Notes under the pieces: generated by a model | What the model was told of the DNA's origin: nothing | Databases searched by the model: none | What the model saw: only the letters and a program-made list of their open reading frames with translations | Shown here: positions 13,821-27,178 of the stretch, piece by piece | Position numbering within the stretch: the stretch's first letter is position 1 | Layout of the letters: every line of letters begins with the position of its first letter | Source: Marsupella aquatica | Taxonomy: Eukaryota > Plantae > Marchantiophyta | Direction of reading: 5' to 3' | Length of the DNA: 64,000 bases | NCBI GenBank assembly: GCA_973895155.1 | Contig: OZ316897.1 | Span: 1,142,515-1,206,514 of the forward strand | Translations under genes and position numbers: made by a program

Positions 13821-15183
13821 GTGTCAATGTTAAACCAGGGGAACATTTCATGGGCAAGCCTTGTTTGCCATAAAGAGTTTGACTATCAAACTGGCAAAAA
13901 GGTCAAGAGGGAGCAAAACATTGTTTGGCCAATTATTGACGATGGGCAGGCCTTGGTTTGCAACAGAGTGCTTGCATTGATGCAAAGTACTCCCGAAAAC
14001 TATGACACTTTTGCCGATTTATTTGAGGCACTTAGAAGTCTTAGAAAAGCCTCAAACTTTGCCAGCATAGAGATTATATGTAGTAGTGGAGTACCCTGGA
14101 AAAGTTTCACTTCATTCTGGTGTATAGTTTAGAAGTTAAAATTCAGACAAAGTCATTGTCTATTAGTTAGCACAATCACTGACGCTTTTCAAAGCATCCG
14201 CCAGAACATTGATGCTTTAAGAAGCATCCATTGCATTTTCAAAGTTTCCAGCGACATCCATTTTTGACACTTTAATTTCTTTTCATCTTTTCTAGGATTA
14301 CCTTTTTAGGTGTTTGAGGTCTGAAAAGGCATGTCTTTTCAGTTCCTTCTTGTGTTAGAATTCTAATCCTATAAGACCCCTTAGAATATCTGTTTTTAGG
14401 GGGGGGACAAAATTTTATTCAATAATCAGATTTCTGGATAGGTTCCACCTTCCATTTCAACAAGAAGGTCTTGTATGGAAGTAAAGCACGTGTTTATAAA
14501 TTTGTGAATGAATTCAGGAGATTCCTTTTGGTGACTGAGTTTGATCACAAGCTTCTGAGATTCCCATCGAATTCACGACTAGGCTTGCTCGATGTGACGA
14601 GATTTGCTAGCTAATTCAATGATAGATTTGAATTGGAAGGAGGAAAATTCCATTTTCAGAGTATCAAAGTACTGTTGTTTTACTTTGGCATATGTATTAT
14701 AGTTTGATTTGAATTGCTGACAATCAAACCATATTGACGACATTTTAATATATATCTCAGTAAAACCAACCAGAAATGTACTATGGGTTTGATGAGCAAA
14801 AGATTCTTTTATTTCACATCTTTATGATCCCAAAAGGAGAGTCAGTGAATTTGTTATGATAATTTAATTTTGTCTATACTAAAACCATAGTCCTTTCCAA
14901 AGGGGTGGCAATAGCAAATTAAAACAAATCTAATCACAGATTAAACTTCTTTTTGATCCATAACTCAAGGGTTATTTTTCCTTGTGTCTTTTGTTAATTT
15001 TATCCTTTTCAGAAGTTTGAGAATTATAGAGCAAGAGCTCAGATAAACTACTCAAAACTATTAATTCATTCAATTCATTCCAAATCTGTTCTTAAAGGGA
15101 CTGAATTTTGAGTTTAACGAGGTATATTGTTACTTTGTGTTCTTTTGGTCATACGACACATTGATCCGTGTCGATATTCCTTT

Positions 15184-16913
15184 TCAAGATGTTTGCAAAG
15201 CACCAGTGTACAAGTGCTTGCACGGGAAGTAGGCTCTTTCCATGGACTCCATGTACATGAAATTCTTGGAGGAGCAACTTGGGAAAGCACATATCTGTAC
15301 GCAATGTATTAAAGTTTGCCCCCTGTAAGTGTTGTTCATCATGAGCCTCACGCCTATAGCATTCCCTATTTCAATTCTCCTCATTGACGTGCACACAATT
15401 GCCTCAGTCTTAACATTACAGATACATGTGGCAACGTACTTGGAGGTGTCTGGCCTCCTTTGCCTTGCCTTGCCTTGCCTTGCCTTGCCTTGCCTTGCCT
15501 TGTCATTGTGTCAAGTACCACGCTTGTCAGGCATTGTAGGATCTATCCGCTCTGGGTATGTGACATTCAAATCCATTATGATGTCGCCATCACTCACCAA
15601 TTCATTCATAACATCTTCACCAAAAATGACCTCCACTCCATTGTTGTGAAGGAAGAGGCCGGACCTCTTTTTTTGAAAGATTAGTTCCACGAGAGACAGG
15701 AAGCTTTGAAGGTAATGGTGGTAAAACACCAGGAATGAATGACAAAGAGGATTTTGTGCAACAGTGGTTGTTTGGGCAAAACCAATACGGATATGGAACA
15801 TCTGGTTTGTTAAATTTACTCCCAAGTAGCCAATAGATACCAACAACGCCTAATCCACTTATTTTTACTCGTGCCTCTCTAATAAATTGAGCATACTCCC
15901 TGTTCCTTGCCTTTGAATGCACCTAACTCTTACCAATTGTTGAGATGCAAGCCAAAAAGAACATGCCTCGAACCAAATCACTTTCATGAACATGTTTGGG
16001 GTTCCACAATGATGACATCAAGTTTGCCCGAGCCATGAGACGACAGATCCAAAACTTCAACATCCGGGATTTTCAAGTTTGCATCCATCTTTGCAATCCC
16101 CCTGAACTTCCTCTTCTTTGGTCTGGTTACCAAACCAATGTCAGTCCAATGGGAATCTTCTACTACAACATGATGGCCAGCAGTGACCTTCTCGCGTTTC
16201 ATAGGAACCATTTTGAATCTACGTCTCTGCTAAGTGGGTCTGCGGACAAGAACTCATGCAAGTGTGGTTCCCGGTGTGGTTGAGTTACAACAGTGTCCAA
16301 TTTTGGAAAGAAAGATTTAACATTCCCAACGTCAGTAGCATCTTAAATTCAAATTTCAAACAAGCTTGGTCTCCGTTGTTGGGGAAATCTTTAGTTCTTG
16401 GGAAGCACCGAGCTCTTGTTTTTCCTATCTTGGAAGAAACTTTTCCAAAGTACGTCTTTTTTCACCTCACATTACCCTTGCGATCCCCTTTGTCGATCAA
16501 TTTCCCTCACCATTATCCTCTAAAATATCTCTCACAGTCTTTGTCCCACTCTACGATGAGCGGCTTCCTCACACTAAGCCTCAAATTGGCCTATCTTCTT
16601 TCCACATAACTTACTTCCCAAGTCAAGTCATGGATTATAATTCCAACAAATCCTACAATTAGATAAGTCAATTATAGAAAACAAAGACTATGATCTTAAG
16701 ATTTACCATAGATGATATAATCACAGGCTCTGGCATCCTAAGCATAACATTGTATCTTTCATCTCCATACTTTCTAACTAAAATATCTCTACAATCAACC
16801 TTCTTACGACATACCACTCTAATGTCAATAGATGAAGGAAAATCAGACACATTATTAGGAAGCCTATTCAAATCTAACTTTGATACATTTACGGGTTGTC
16901 TATTAAAATCCAT
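15184..16913 (-). pseudogene. Decayed TE-derived coding sequence ending in a SWIM-like zinc finger (MULE-like?)
   Basis: A chain of short minus-strand ORFs; the last reads ...PSCSSKNF...YFPCKHLY, a CxC..PCKH SWIM pattern. It is interrupted by a (CCTTG)n tract. Confidence 0.35.
15459..15502. repeat. (TGCCT)8 pentanucleotide microsatellite
   Basis: Directly visible. Confidence 0.95.
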
Positions 16914-17454
16914 CTAATATAAAATAAAAATAGTTATATTCCATTCATTTTCATAAACAACAATCGAGTATACAAATGGTGCATTGCTATTCATAATTGT
17001 TTCCATTAATTCAAACCCAAAATGATAAAGAAGATGCATTCTCATGGTATGCTTGCTAAGATAGTGAATTCTAATTAAGAAAGGATTGACAAATGACACA
17101 ACAAGTGGAGGATAAACTTTAGGTACTCAATTTATCATATTATTCATTACAAGCACACTAGATTGATCTCAAGACTAATAAACATAAAACATAAAATATT
17201 TCTAAGGCCAACAATCAAGTTAGTACCTAAGCATAGATGTAAATAATAAACAAGACATATGCACAAGAGGGGAAGAGTTCCTTACAGTGTTGCGAGTCCA
17301 ACATGATAGATCAAACAATGCGAATGACGAGAGTGTGCTCCTCTTCACTTTATTTATAGTGCCCTTTTGTGCTTTCCAAGAGGGCATGGATCGATGCCTT
17401 GACCCTTGGATGAAAGCCAAGTGATAAGCATCAAACACCTATAAGTGTGCTAGA

Positions 17455-17660
17455 ACTATTCATAGTTGGTGGAACTACTGTGCGTAGTTGATGAAATTAT
17501 TACGCGTAATTGGTAGAACTACTATGCGTAATTGGTGCAACTACTATGCGTAGTTGGTAAAACTACTATGCGTAATTGGTGGAACTACTATGCGTAGTTG
17601 GTGGAATTACTATGCGTAATTGGTAAAACTACTATGCGTAAATGATGAAACTACTATGTA
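17455..17660. repeat. About 9 copies of a 23-bp tandem repeat (ACTACTATGCGTAATTGGTGGAA) inside the Gypsy LTR
   Basis: Directly visible. Confidence 0.9.
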
Positions 17661-17849
17661 TCATTGTAGAATGTACACACTGCATATAGAATGTAATATA
17701 TATGCTCTAATAGTACTACTATGAAGCTTTTAAATAAAACCCTTTTCACATAAACTCAAATAACACAATATGAATTCTAGCCTTCTAAAGGGAATCTCCA
17801 CGACATATTACCCCCACTAAACCTGTGCAGCCTCCGATCTGCACCAACC

Positions 17850-18608
17850 TTATGACCCAGCTTCAAAGTCCTCTATATCACTCAAATCATATACATTTTG
17901 TAAATAAAATTTCAAACGTTGTTTGAAAAGCTTAACCCTCTTGCCTGCATAAGGAACTTGATGAATTGCTCCATCTAACTCTCGAACTGTGTATGTTGCA
18001 TTTGGGTGAATAGTAACAACTACAAATGGCCATCTCCATCTTCTCATAAACTTAGCTTTTATTGAATGTTGTTGCTCCAACCCTCCTTCTGCAATAAGAA
18101 CCCAATCTCCTTCTTTGATTTGAATAGGTCTCAATCGATGAGTCTTATCAAATCTGACCTTATTCTTCTCTCGTGCTTGCTTCACTTTCTCCTTTGCAAT
18201 GTCAATCTTTTCTGGAGTTGTTTGGAAATGTTCCATCCTCCTTGCAAATAGCTCTACATGTGATATTTGATCTTCCCAGTCAACTGTCCTCCAACTAAAA
18301 ACATTCTCCTCTAATGGCATTAAAGGTAGATGCCCACTCACTAATTTTGCCGGTGCATATCGTGTCACCAAACTACAAGTCATTCTATTTGCTAATAGAG
18401 CTAAAGGTAGTAAGTCTGGCCATTTTGATGCCTTTCCCTTGCATGATTTGACTAAGGCATTAACAATTGGTTGATTACCTCTCTCACTCTTGCCGTTTGC
18501 TTCTGGATTGTAAGATGTAGTTAGCTTTAAGCGGATATGAAATTTGTTGAAGAATGCATTTGCCTCTTTGCTATCTAACTCTCCACGGTCAGCTCTCATG
18601 CACGACAC
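17850..18608 (-). pseudogene. Gypsy integrase core and C-terminal fragment
   Basis: ADRGE, TTSYNPEANGKSER, GDWVL and WRWPF (degenerate GPY/F) motifs. The N-terminus is broken. Confidence 0.85.
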
Positions 18609-20063
18609 ATTTTAGATACCACTCTCGCTCATCTCCATCGCCTTTGGATTCAGTAGAAGTGGACAACCCTTCTTCTCTCCTCATAAATCATGAAATCCCC
18701 TACCTTCAAACCAAATCCCCGGTTAATGATCTTATTATCATAAGAGAAGCCATGATGTATCCCAAATCCACACTGGAAATGGTAGTCACTAGGCCTTCAA
18801 CTTTATACATTAGACGTTAAAGTCATTGTACCACTTTATGCCAATAATATTGCACTTTCAGGCTTAGAATTGGGTTGTACATCAAACGTTAAAGTACCTA
18901 TATACTTTATGCCAAGAACACCATTCTGGACAACGTGCGTACTGTATAGTCATAGAATCTAGACCGTACATATAACTATAACTATACCTCAAAGAAGGTA
19001 CCTATTTGCTAGTGGCCGACAAGAAGGTACAGATTCTGCACATCTACAAGGTACCTATTTTCCAGCAGGCACCAAGGTACATCTACAAACTCTAGGGATC
19101 TGGTCAATTCTCCAAGATTCCATCCGGCCCTGCCTAAAACATTATTTCTTCTTTTATCGTGCGACTTATAATACCCTCTGCAAAAATTCCTGACTTGGAG
19201 GATGAAGTTTAGGGTCTCTAACACGTAGTCGCATTTTTTTGGCTCTCTCGGCAAGTCTATTTGTTCCATTGAACGGTCGTTTTTGCAGCATAATTCATAT
19301 TTGGCAAGCCTCTCCGTGGTGGGTTAAGGACTTCCTAGGTTGTTGAGTGTTATTTACTGTTCATCCTAAGTCATTCTTGGTGGGGGTCTCCAAGATTTTG
19401 AGGTGGATTCTCATTGACTTTTACCTAGAATCTTAGTCGGTGAGGATCTTTGACATGCGGTTGCGCTATCTAACGAGCCTCTCTATGGTGGATTAGGAAC
19501 ACTTGGGACCCATCTAACATTTCCTCACTCCGAGTGTCATTTAGTTTTCACCCTAAATTATTCTCGGCGGGGGTCTCCGGGGTGGACTCTGGTAATTTGG
19601 GGCAAGAGTATGTGTACTTGGCAAGTGTCTCCAAAATGGTTTTGGTTCTCTTGGTGCCCATGATCTGTTATTTCCTAGTCATATTGTTGTTACCTTTTGA
19701 CCATTAGTCATACTCGGCGAGCCTCTCTGAGATGGATTTGGGCCTTGTCAAGGATGGTAGATCTATATGGACATTGTCGTTCTTTACAAACATGCAATCT
19801 GTACAAAATATGATTGTACATGCAAGCATTGAAAAGTTCTATATGGTCAAGCCTTGTATGCACTTTTGGATCCATCATTGTATTTTGGCGAGGGTCTCTG
19901 ACATTGGATGTGCGATAGAACCAATTTGGCTCCTTCATTTGAAACGGAATACCCTTAATTTCATCTTGGAGAGGGCCTCTAAGAGACACTGTGTAAGTTG
20001 TAGCTAACCTTTAAAATTGTCAAGAGGGTCGACAAGTTGTGTCGTCGATCTGGCCAAAGTAAG

Positions 20064-20517
20064 CCCACCACTCCATCTCAAAGAGGGTCTCTGAGAGGCT
20101 AGGTCTCATCTAGCAACCTTCTTGACCCAAGAGGTGGTCTAGGATAACTGTTGTCTGGCCACTTGGGGCACACAGCTCCATCTCAAAGAGGGTCTTTGAG
20201 AGACTAGGTTGCAATCTTGCTTCCTTTCCACCCAAGACGCGATTGACAATTTCTTCCATCTGGTCGTTTGGGCCACACCACTCCATCTCAAAGAGGGTCT
20301 CCGAGAGGCTAGGTCTCATCTAGCAACCTTTTTGACCCAAGAGGCGGTCTAGGATAACTGTTGTCTGGCCACTTGGGGCAGACAACTCCATCTCAAAGAG
20401 GGTCTTTGAGAGACTGGGTTGCTTCCTTTCCACCCAAGACGTGATTGACAATTTCTGCCATCTGGTCATTTGGGCCACACCACTCCATCTCAAAGAGGGT
20501 CTCCGAGCAACTAGGTT
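20064..20517. repeat. 210-bp tandem duplication built from ~100-bp subunits (CTCCATCTCAAAGAGGGTCT x5)
   Basis: 20071-20280 is nearly identical to 20281-20490; the ORF track shows the same duplicated peptide. Confidence 0.85.
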
Positions 20518-21989
20518 GTGATCTCCCTTACCGGGCATACTTTTCTACCGTGGAGTTGACTATGGTGTGGGACTTTTTTCTACTTTGGAGGCCAACATTC
20601 TTAGATTTCACCCTAAACCCTAAACTCCTCTTTACTAAAACAAAACCCTAAACATAGTTGGCTGCCTTTATTCAAGTCTCCTCCAACATACCCTCCTCCA
20701 GCAAACCCTCCTCGACCTTCTCAACTCCTTTGTGGTTTTCCCCCTAACCCCAATTTTGGGAATACCAGTATATTGGTTAAATTCAAGTTTTCTCTAAATA
20801 TAATATAGTTTATCATCTTTAATTAAATTAATCACTTTAACTGATAATGGAGTTTAGAACATCATCAAACTTCACACGAAGAATAAGTAATGATCTAAGT
20901 TGAGGGATATTGCTTTGACATCCATAGTGGAAAAGAATCATGTGGAACCAACTTTTGAACTCGCTTATGAATACAACAACCAAATTGTACAAATAACTTA
21001 CAGATCTTTTCACATAAATATGAATGTAATTAAATGGGGCAATACATATTTACATCAATTTGTGTACTAAGTGACACTTAGAACTAGAAATAATGATTGA
21101 AACCTTCCCATGTTAGTGTGTGTCACGCAAAAAGATTTGTCTTTACGCGGATTTTGGCTTAGGCAGCCATAAGCTCTGTTAGTATTGAGCTTTCGGGCAA
21201 GGAGGGATGTGCAAAATTTCCTTTATTCCCGTAACTTGACGCTAATCACGTCTGATCCTATTCTTACATGCATCATAGGTATACTTTGTGTTTTGCCGCC
21301 AGAACGTACCTTAAGTTGATAGCTGGATCAACCCCGGCTTAAGGACTTCTAAGCCTTCGCGCTATCCACCTCCGATCCGGATCCAATGATATGGGTATCT
21401 AACCCGGGCTCGCAACCACTATCCACAGCCGTCACCCCGTGCACCTCGTATAATACATTTGGCCAAGCATTCTCTACCCGTATATGAAATATATGACTAC
21501 AGCCGATTTTACAACATACAATCTCAGTTTACACGAAGAAAATGATGGGGGGAGAGACTTTACTTCAAAATCCATCATAGTACACATATACACAGTTGGC
21601 TCGACTTCTTAAAAAATAAACAGACCCAAAAGCAGGAAGGTGCACAATACAACGGAGCCCGGCTCCGCACTCGCCCAACAAGCTTAGTACGTTGTACCCT
21701 CCCTCCTTGGTGGCACTCTTTTATTTGCTAAGGTTGGCTCTCCCCGTACATCCTGCAAACACCCAATTCTAAACCTAAAATCCCTCCTGCCTCTACCGGG
21801 GGGTGCACTAAATACTAATTGAGAGCCGTGGCCTGGAACGGTCACGTGCTTGAATCTAGTCAGCCCTAAATTCAACTAAATGTCAAGCCGCAAAGTAGCG
21901 TGTCTTATCCTAAGATTCTATGCTAAAAGGAGGTTGGTCAAGTAGGACAGTGTCGCTAATTAGTTTTTGCGCTTGTTCTCAGCGTCTGA

Positions 21990-22336
21990 CGGGTATAACC
22001 ATCATGACAGCAAACAGCAAACAACAAATAATTACTCGTAATAGCAAACGGGTGGTAGAATTTTTGGAATTTTTTTCTTTGGAATTTTTGGGGGAAAAAA
22101 TATTAATTTTTTTTTGTGAGTCGATATTTTTTGGCTAGCGCCCGGAGCTAGTAATAGTATTGCCTTACACTAGCAAAAAATTGTCATGTTTTAAATTATT
22201 TTGAAAATTGTGACTTTTAATGACACATTTTAGATTGTCTAGTTTGCTCGTAACATTAAATTTTTTCTCGTAACAAGAAAATTTTTGCTTGTAACAGTAA
22301 ATCTGTTTGCTATTTGTTGTCACTGTGAAAACCCTC
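21990..22336. mobile_element. MITE (~345 bp) with 8-9 bp TSD (hAT- or Mutator-type)
   Basis: Imperfect TIR GGGT..CA..TGACA(G/A)CAAA(C/T)AGCAAACA at both ends, a flanking duplication GCGTCTGA(C/T), and an AT-rich interior. Confidence 0.65.
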
Positions 22337-22386
22337 GCGTCTGATCGTCCTATCTAAACCTACTCTATTCTAAACTTTTCATGCCG

Positions 22387-24061
22387 CTAATGTGTGGCAC
22401 GTTTTCTAGACCCGCTCGAGCTGGACTTGGAGCGGCCGTCCCGTTGTCTCCTCAGCCGGTCGGCGTCTTGCTTGAGGATCTGGACTTGGTCCAGGAGAGA
22501 CAGTTCGTTCTCTTGCTTCACCGCATCCATCTCCTCCGCTGCCTCTTGGCACGCCTCTTCCAACTGCTGGTCATTGCTAGTCAGTTGCACCACCAATTGG
22601 TTGTGCTTCGTGGCTTCCCGTAGAAGCCGTGCCACTTCCGCTTTCAGGGCGTCCACCTTGGCTGCATCCCTCTGCACCCAAGTGTTGGCCTCCTCTGTGT
22701 CCTTCTGCCACATGATGGCTTGCCCCTTCAAGCTGTCAATCTTAGCCCAAAGTTGTGAGATTTTGGCGTCCTTTCTGGCTCTCGCTTGTTCAACCAAGGC
22801 TAACTTGGCTTCAGCGTTGGTGACCTGGGCTAGAGTGGTCGCAAGCTATGACCGGAGAAGTTGCAGCTTGGTGTCTCGACTGGAGGCTTCATCTAAGAGC
22901 TTGGCTGCCTCAACCCGATACCGCTCAATCTTGGCTATAGCTTGAGCTTGAGCTCGCCCTACCTTTATTGCCACCACCAGCTCTCGGCTGAAGAAGTGAG
23001 CCACCTTGCGGGCCATGAACTCCCCCATGTCCCGACCAACTTGTTGGGAAAAGTTGCCCAACAACCCATTCAGATACGTGCCCAGTGCAAAGAGTTCCGA
23101 GTTCACCAGGCTGTCCCCAGTCGGGTTAGGCCAGGGACAAACCTCAACTCGGGCAAAGGCTGATGTCATTTCTTCCAGCCCCGAGGTGGTAATCTGAGTA
23201 GAGGGGGAGGGGTTCCTAGAAGGGAAAGGGGGACCCGCTTGTACAGTTGCGGAGGGTACCAAGGTTTCCTCCGGGATCACGGCCTCTGGTTTGGGGCTAG
23301 CTTCAACCCGCTTGGCTGTGATTGCACGGGCCTGATTTTGAGCATCCAGGGTTGCAATGAATACCAAGTCTGGCACCAAAGGAGGTGCCTCAATAGTTGT
23401 TTGTGGGGTCGGGGCGGTCACCGCGGGCGTTGGACTTTGGCTCTTGAGTTGCGGCCGCCTCTCCTGAGCCAGGAAGACCCATCTTGTCGGGGTGAGTTTG
23501 GGCTTGTTGCACCTTGGGAGGGTTCAGTCGAAACGGGTGTACCACTCAATGATGATCCTGATGTGGCTTTTGAGGTATGCCTTCCCTCCAAGGTACAAGG
23601 TCTTCCTTTGTTGTTCCATCTCGTCGTGGAACGTCTTGACAAAGAAAAAAGCCCACTTCCTAGGCCGGTAGTTCTTGACCTGGATCGCCTGGGCATGCGG
23701 GTATCTCGCCCCGCAACTCCATCATGTGGAGGGCATACCTATGAAACTCCAGCCGCTCTGCAATCTTTGGGATGAGGCATGTCCTCATCAAGAAGCCGTT
23801 GCCCACCGCACCCTCGGTCGGGAAACTGGAAGAGTGGTACTTGGCTATCTCATCATCTCAACAGTACTTGCTTTTGAACGGAAGATTAAGGTTGTTGTTG
23901 TAGTGAGAACGCCTGTTCAAACGTATAAGTTGTTCATACTGCCTTTTGGCTTTGTACGTGCGCAGATTGTGCCTGGCAAGCGAGGCCGCAAGGTGGTTGC
24001 CAATGCTTAAGAATTGAAACCAAAGGCGGATGGCAGAATTAGACATAACCGTGACAGGCAC
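22387..24061 (-). pseudogene. Decayed LTR-borne accessory ORF with C-terminal coiled coil
   Basis: Successive minus-strand ORFs 23858-24061, 23418-23696, 22846-23421 and 22387-22797. The last two are A/E/K/Q/L-rich heptad sequence. Confidence 0.55.
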
Positions 24062-24613
24062 ATGGCAAGGTGTGCAGGATCACTAAGGGGAAGACGGAGG
24101 AGCTGATAGCAAAGCTGGCGCACGGAGTGAACTGATGACCAGAGGCAAGGAAGAGGCTCTCGCCTTTTATACCATTGCGGGGCATCGACCAATTGGCTCC
24201 TCCTACTCTCATAGGCCAAGTCCCTCATCCCCAAAGTGTACCGACCACTCCTCAAGTCCGGATCAGGGCGTGTTAGCGGGCCGCCTCCGGATCAATTATA
24301 CGGATCCGAGGTAGACGGCCATAACGCGCCCCTAATCCGGCGGTACATTTGGCACAACGCCTCCAGCCCAAGCGTGAATGCTCATCATTGACTAAACTTG
24401 TCCTAAACATCATGACTAGCACGAGTTGACTAGCACGAGTTAAGCCGTATTACTCATTACTAGCCGTGCTGGCGGCGTCAGAGTGTGCATCTGATTAGTA
24501 GTCGCCAAAGTCCACTCTAGACCCTATTAAAGTAATTAAAATTGTACTTTTATTGGGCCCTGCATACATTGGTCTGACCTCAATCATTCCTAGTTAACCA
24601 CACCAGCCTCTAC

Positions 24614-26061
24614 TTGTTTGCATCTCTCAAGATTATCTTGTGCTCTAGCAATAACACTATTCACCGTTATTGTGAGGCACTGGATATTCTTGTTCATCCC
24701 GCTTGGGATCCGGCTCCCATTTTTTACTCCAACAATTTTTCCATCTTTCTTTTTGCCCCACTTCACTCTTGCCCATATGAGGCCGAAACCACTTCACTGA
24801 ACACATGCTCAAGCTTGTTCTCATCATTCAATTATTATCCTTCTTCCACATCGCTCACCACTCGTCCCAAATGAACATGATATTTCTCTATATCATTCAT
24901 TGCTGGTCTTTGCAAGATAAAATGGCCCTTGACAATATCTACTCTCGGTTGAAAGGCTTCTCGTGGCCTATTCTTCACAGGTCCAACATAGTCCTCTCTT
25001 GCATCCAACTCACATGCAACATTTCAAAAAGTGATAGGCACATTCTCTCTCTAGTTTGTCTACAGCCAAAATCCACCTTTCAACTTTTCTCCATCTTCTG
25101 GCCTATATTGTACAACCTCTTTTTCCAATGTTGCTAAGACAACCGTCCAATATTGGATGAGATTGTCCCCAAGATTCTCTTAATTCCTCCATCTTTTTTC
25201 TATCCACGATCAATTGGAAGAACTTTAAATGTTTTTTAATCCCTACCCAAACATCAGCCAATACGCTTATTTTCATCATATGAAGTCTTTTTGGTATATC
25301 CCACATGAAAGGTTTGGACATCCATCTTCTCCCCAAGACCACAGTTCAATAGTCACCCTATTCATTAAAAGTGTATTTTATTTTGTTCACTTTTAGGCCT
25401 CTAAATGTTCACTTTTTGGTCTCTAAATGTACACTTTTTAAACCCAAAAGGTACAGTATGGTATAATACTCTACACCTAAATGATCTTGACTAGAAGGAG
25501 TCTCATCCTAGTTCATTTACAAAGAATGAACATGGTGGTACATCTGATGGCCATCATATTTATTTCTTTCCTAATTGTACACTTTTTGAAGGCCAAATGT
25601 ACACTTTCTATTGCCCAAATGTTCATAAATTGAATAATAATTCATTTTTAATGAATATATTGATAATACCTTTCTTTGGCACCCATGGGACATCATCATT
25701 GGACTTTAGCTTATACAGAAAGCATGGCATATCGATCATCCTCTTGAACATAGAATCTAAATAGGCAGGGATTTCCATGGCCCACCAATAAGTTTGGGCC
25801 TCTTAGTAGAAAAGGCTCTACGTATCCTTTGAAGTCAGGTACTTCTTGTACAAATTGCGGAACCAGACTTGGAGTTCTTGCTTTCATGAACAAGCTCATG
25901 ATCAAAACAAGAAATGTCCATGTGGGATTGTGCATAAGAGATTCAATCAAAGAAGTTCCCAGACATGGCATCAACATCCTCATGAGTATGCCCACCATAA
26001 GGAATCCAAGCTGAACATCCTCAAAGACCTTCCTTGTTGTTAACAATGATAAATAAGTCAT
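24614..26061 (-). pseudogene. Decayed second Sola-like (DUF7869-type) transposase, 3' half
   Basis: RKVFEDVQLGFLMVG followed by frameshifted HTHEDVDAM, then PQFVQEVPDFKGYV..LVGHGNPCLFRFY. This parallels VFETVQMSFLMVGHTHEDVDAL..PRLIQEVASYKEYL..IQGHSKPVSFLF of the transposase at 32408-34261. Confidence 0.8.
25352..25664 (-). mobile_element. 313-bp MITE derived from the family of the 31793-60664 element
   Basis: Both ends match that element's termini (GTCACCCTATTCATTAAAAGTGTATTTT...; ...TTTTTAATGAATATATTGAT). It has TGTACACTTT subterminal motifs and a 4-bp TSD AATA (25348-25351 / 25665-25668). Confidence 0.85.
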
Positions 26062-26392
26062 AACAAATCTGTTCGTGCATCACTAGAAGGAAATTGAGAT
26101 TTTATCACTACCTAATTCACTTGTTTTAGAGGAATAACGGACAATTTACAACTCAATGGTTTGAGTGCACTAAATAATGTCAGTCACTTTAGACAACTAG
26201 TCGTATTGAGCATGAAGCTGAGAGAAAGAGTTTCTCATTGTGTGAAAGAGGGAACAAGGAAGACTCTCAAATTTATCACTGATAGGGCAGAAGAGGCTGA
26301 ATCGGATGAGAGTAGCTTGGTACAAAGTGATAGTGATAGTCTCCAAACTCACCATGCAAGCACAAGTTAGCTCTAATTCTGATGAGTAATTT

Positions 26393-27178
26393 TTGGGTGA
26401 ATTTACCTTCATTGCAGCTCAAAAGCAAACTGAGCTACAACAACCAGTCGATGAGGCAGTGACTGCCCAACAAGGAATCAATCAGGGGATGCTTGTGCAC
26501 CAATTAGGGGGTGCCTGCACAACGATATCAACCCTTCATACTTGTGACCATACTTTAGTCAAAGAAGCATTGGACCCCAACAGGGACCAAGATGAAGTCC
26601 TAGTCGACCTTGGTGACTTAAAAACTGAAGAGGAAAGATTTCAAATGATTGAGGCCAAAAAGATGGCTCACTTGTGATATCATCAATGCTTACATTCCTA
26701 TATTGGAGCGTAGAGCGCGCAGTGGTCATTGCAAAACCCAAATGCATGCATGCTTTTGCCGACACATTTTTACAATGTCTTGATACATCTTGCGTACAAC
26801 TTCAACGCAACATTGGCATTTCTGAAGGGTATTGACATCTTTTCATCCGACGTCATTCTAATCCCCATCGATAGGCCAAAACATTGGGTACTAGCTGTGG
26901 TCAATTTTACTTTGCAGCAACTACATTTGCTTGATCCCATTATTGGCAAAGCATCAGAATGCGATGATTTGGTGAATGTCGGCCGGTCTCTCAATGACCT
27001 ATCCTGTTTGGGCATCGTCCGCAATGATATTCCTAATAGTTATAATTGTGGAGTATATATATGTCATAATGTATTGGCGGTTTTTCAATGTTTGGATCCG
27101 TGTTGGTTTTCCTCGATGTTCAATTTCATCTTGGCGAGCCTCATTAGAGATTTGATGTTATTTGAGCCTATCAAATAA
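26393..27178 (+). pseudogene. Ulp1/C48 SUMO-protease-like remnant (TE cargo type)
   Basis: IINAY..THFY..DIFSSDVILIPI...HWVLAVVNF...LLDP...NSYNCGVYIC, giving the His/Asp/Cys triad pattern. Frameshifted, and the oxyanion Gln is missing. Confidence 0.75.

Larger units (their letters stand above)
17100..18840 (-). mobile_element. Truncated Ty3/Gypsy remnant: integrase, PPT and 3' LTR (LTR begins TGTCGTGG at 17805; its far boundary is uncertain)
   Basis: The integrase ORF is followed on the minus strand by TTTAGTGGGGG (PPT, 17811-17821) and TG 5 nt later. Confidence 0.7.
21121..24480 (-). mobile_element. Probable large (~3.0 kb without MITE) solo LTR containing a decayed coiled-coil ORF
   Basis: TG...CA termini with a near-TSD GTGTG / GAGTG. 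GC content is high relative to the flanks. A minus-strand TATAAAA at 24171-24165 precedes ORF pieces 24061-22387. No gag/pol is present. Confidence 0.55.
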
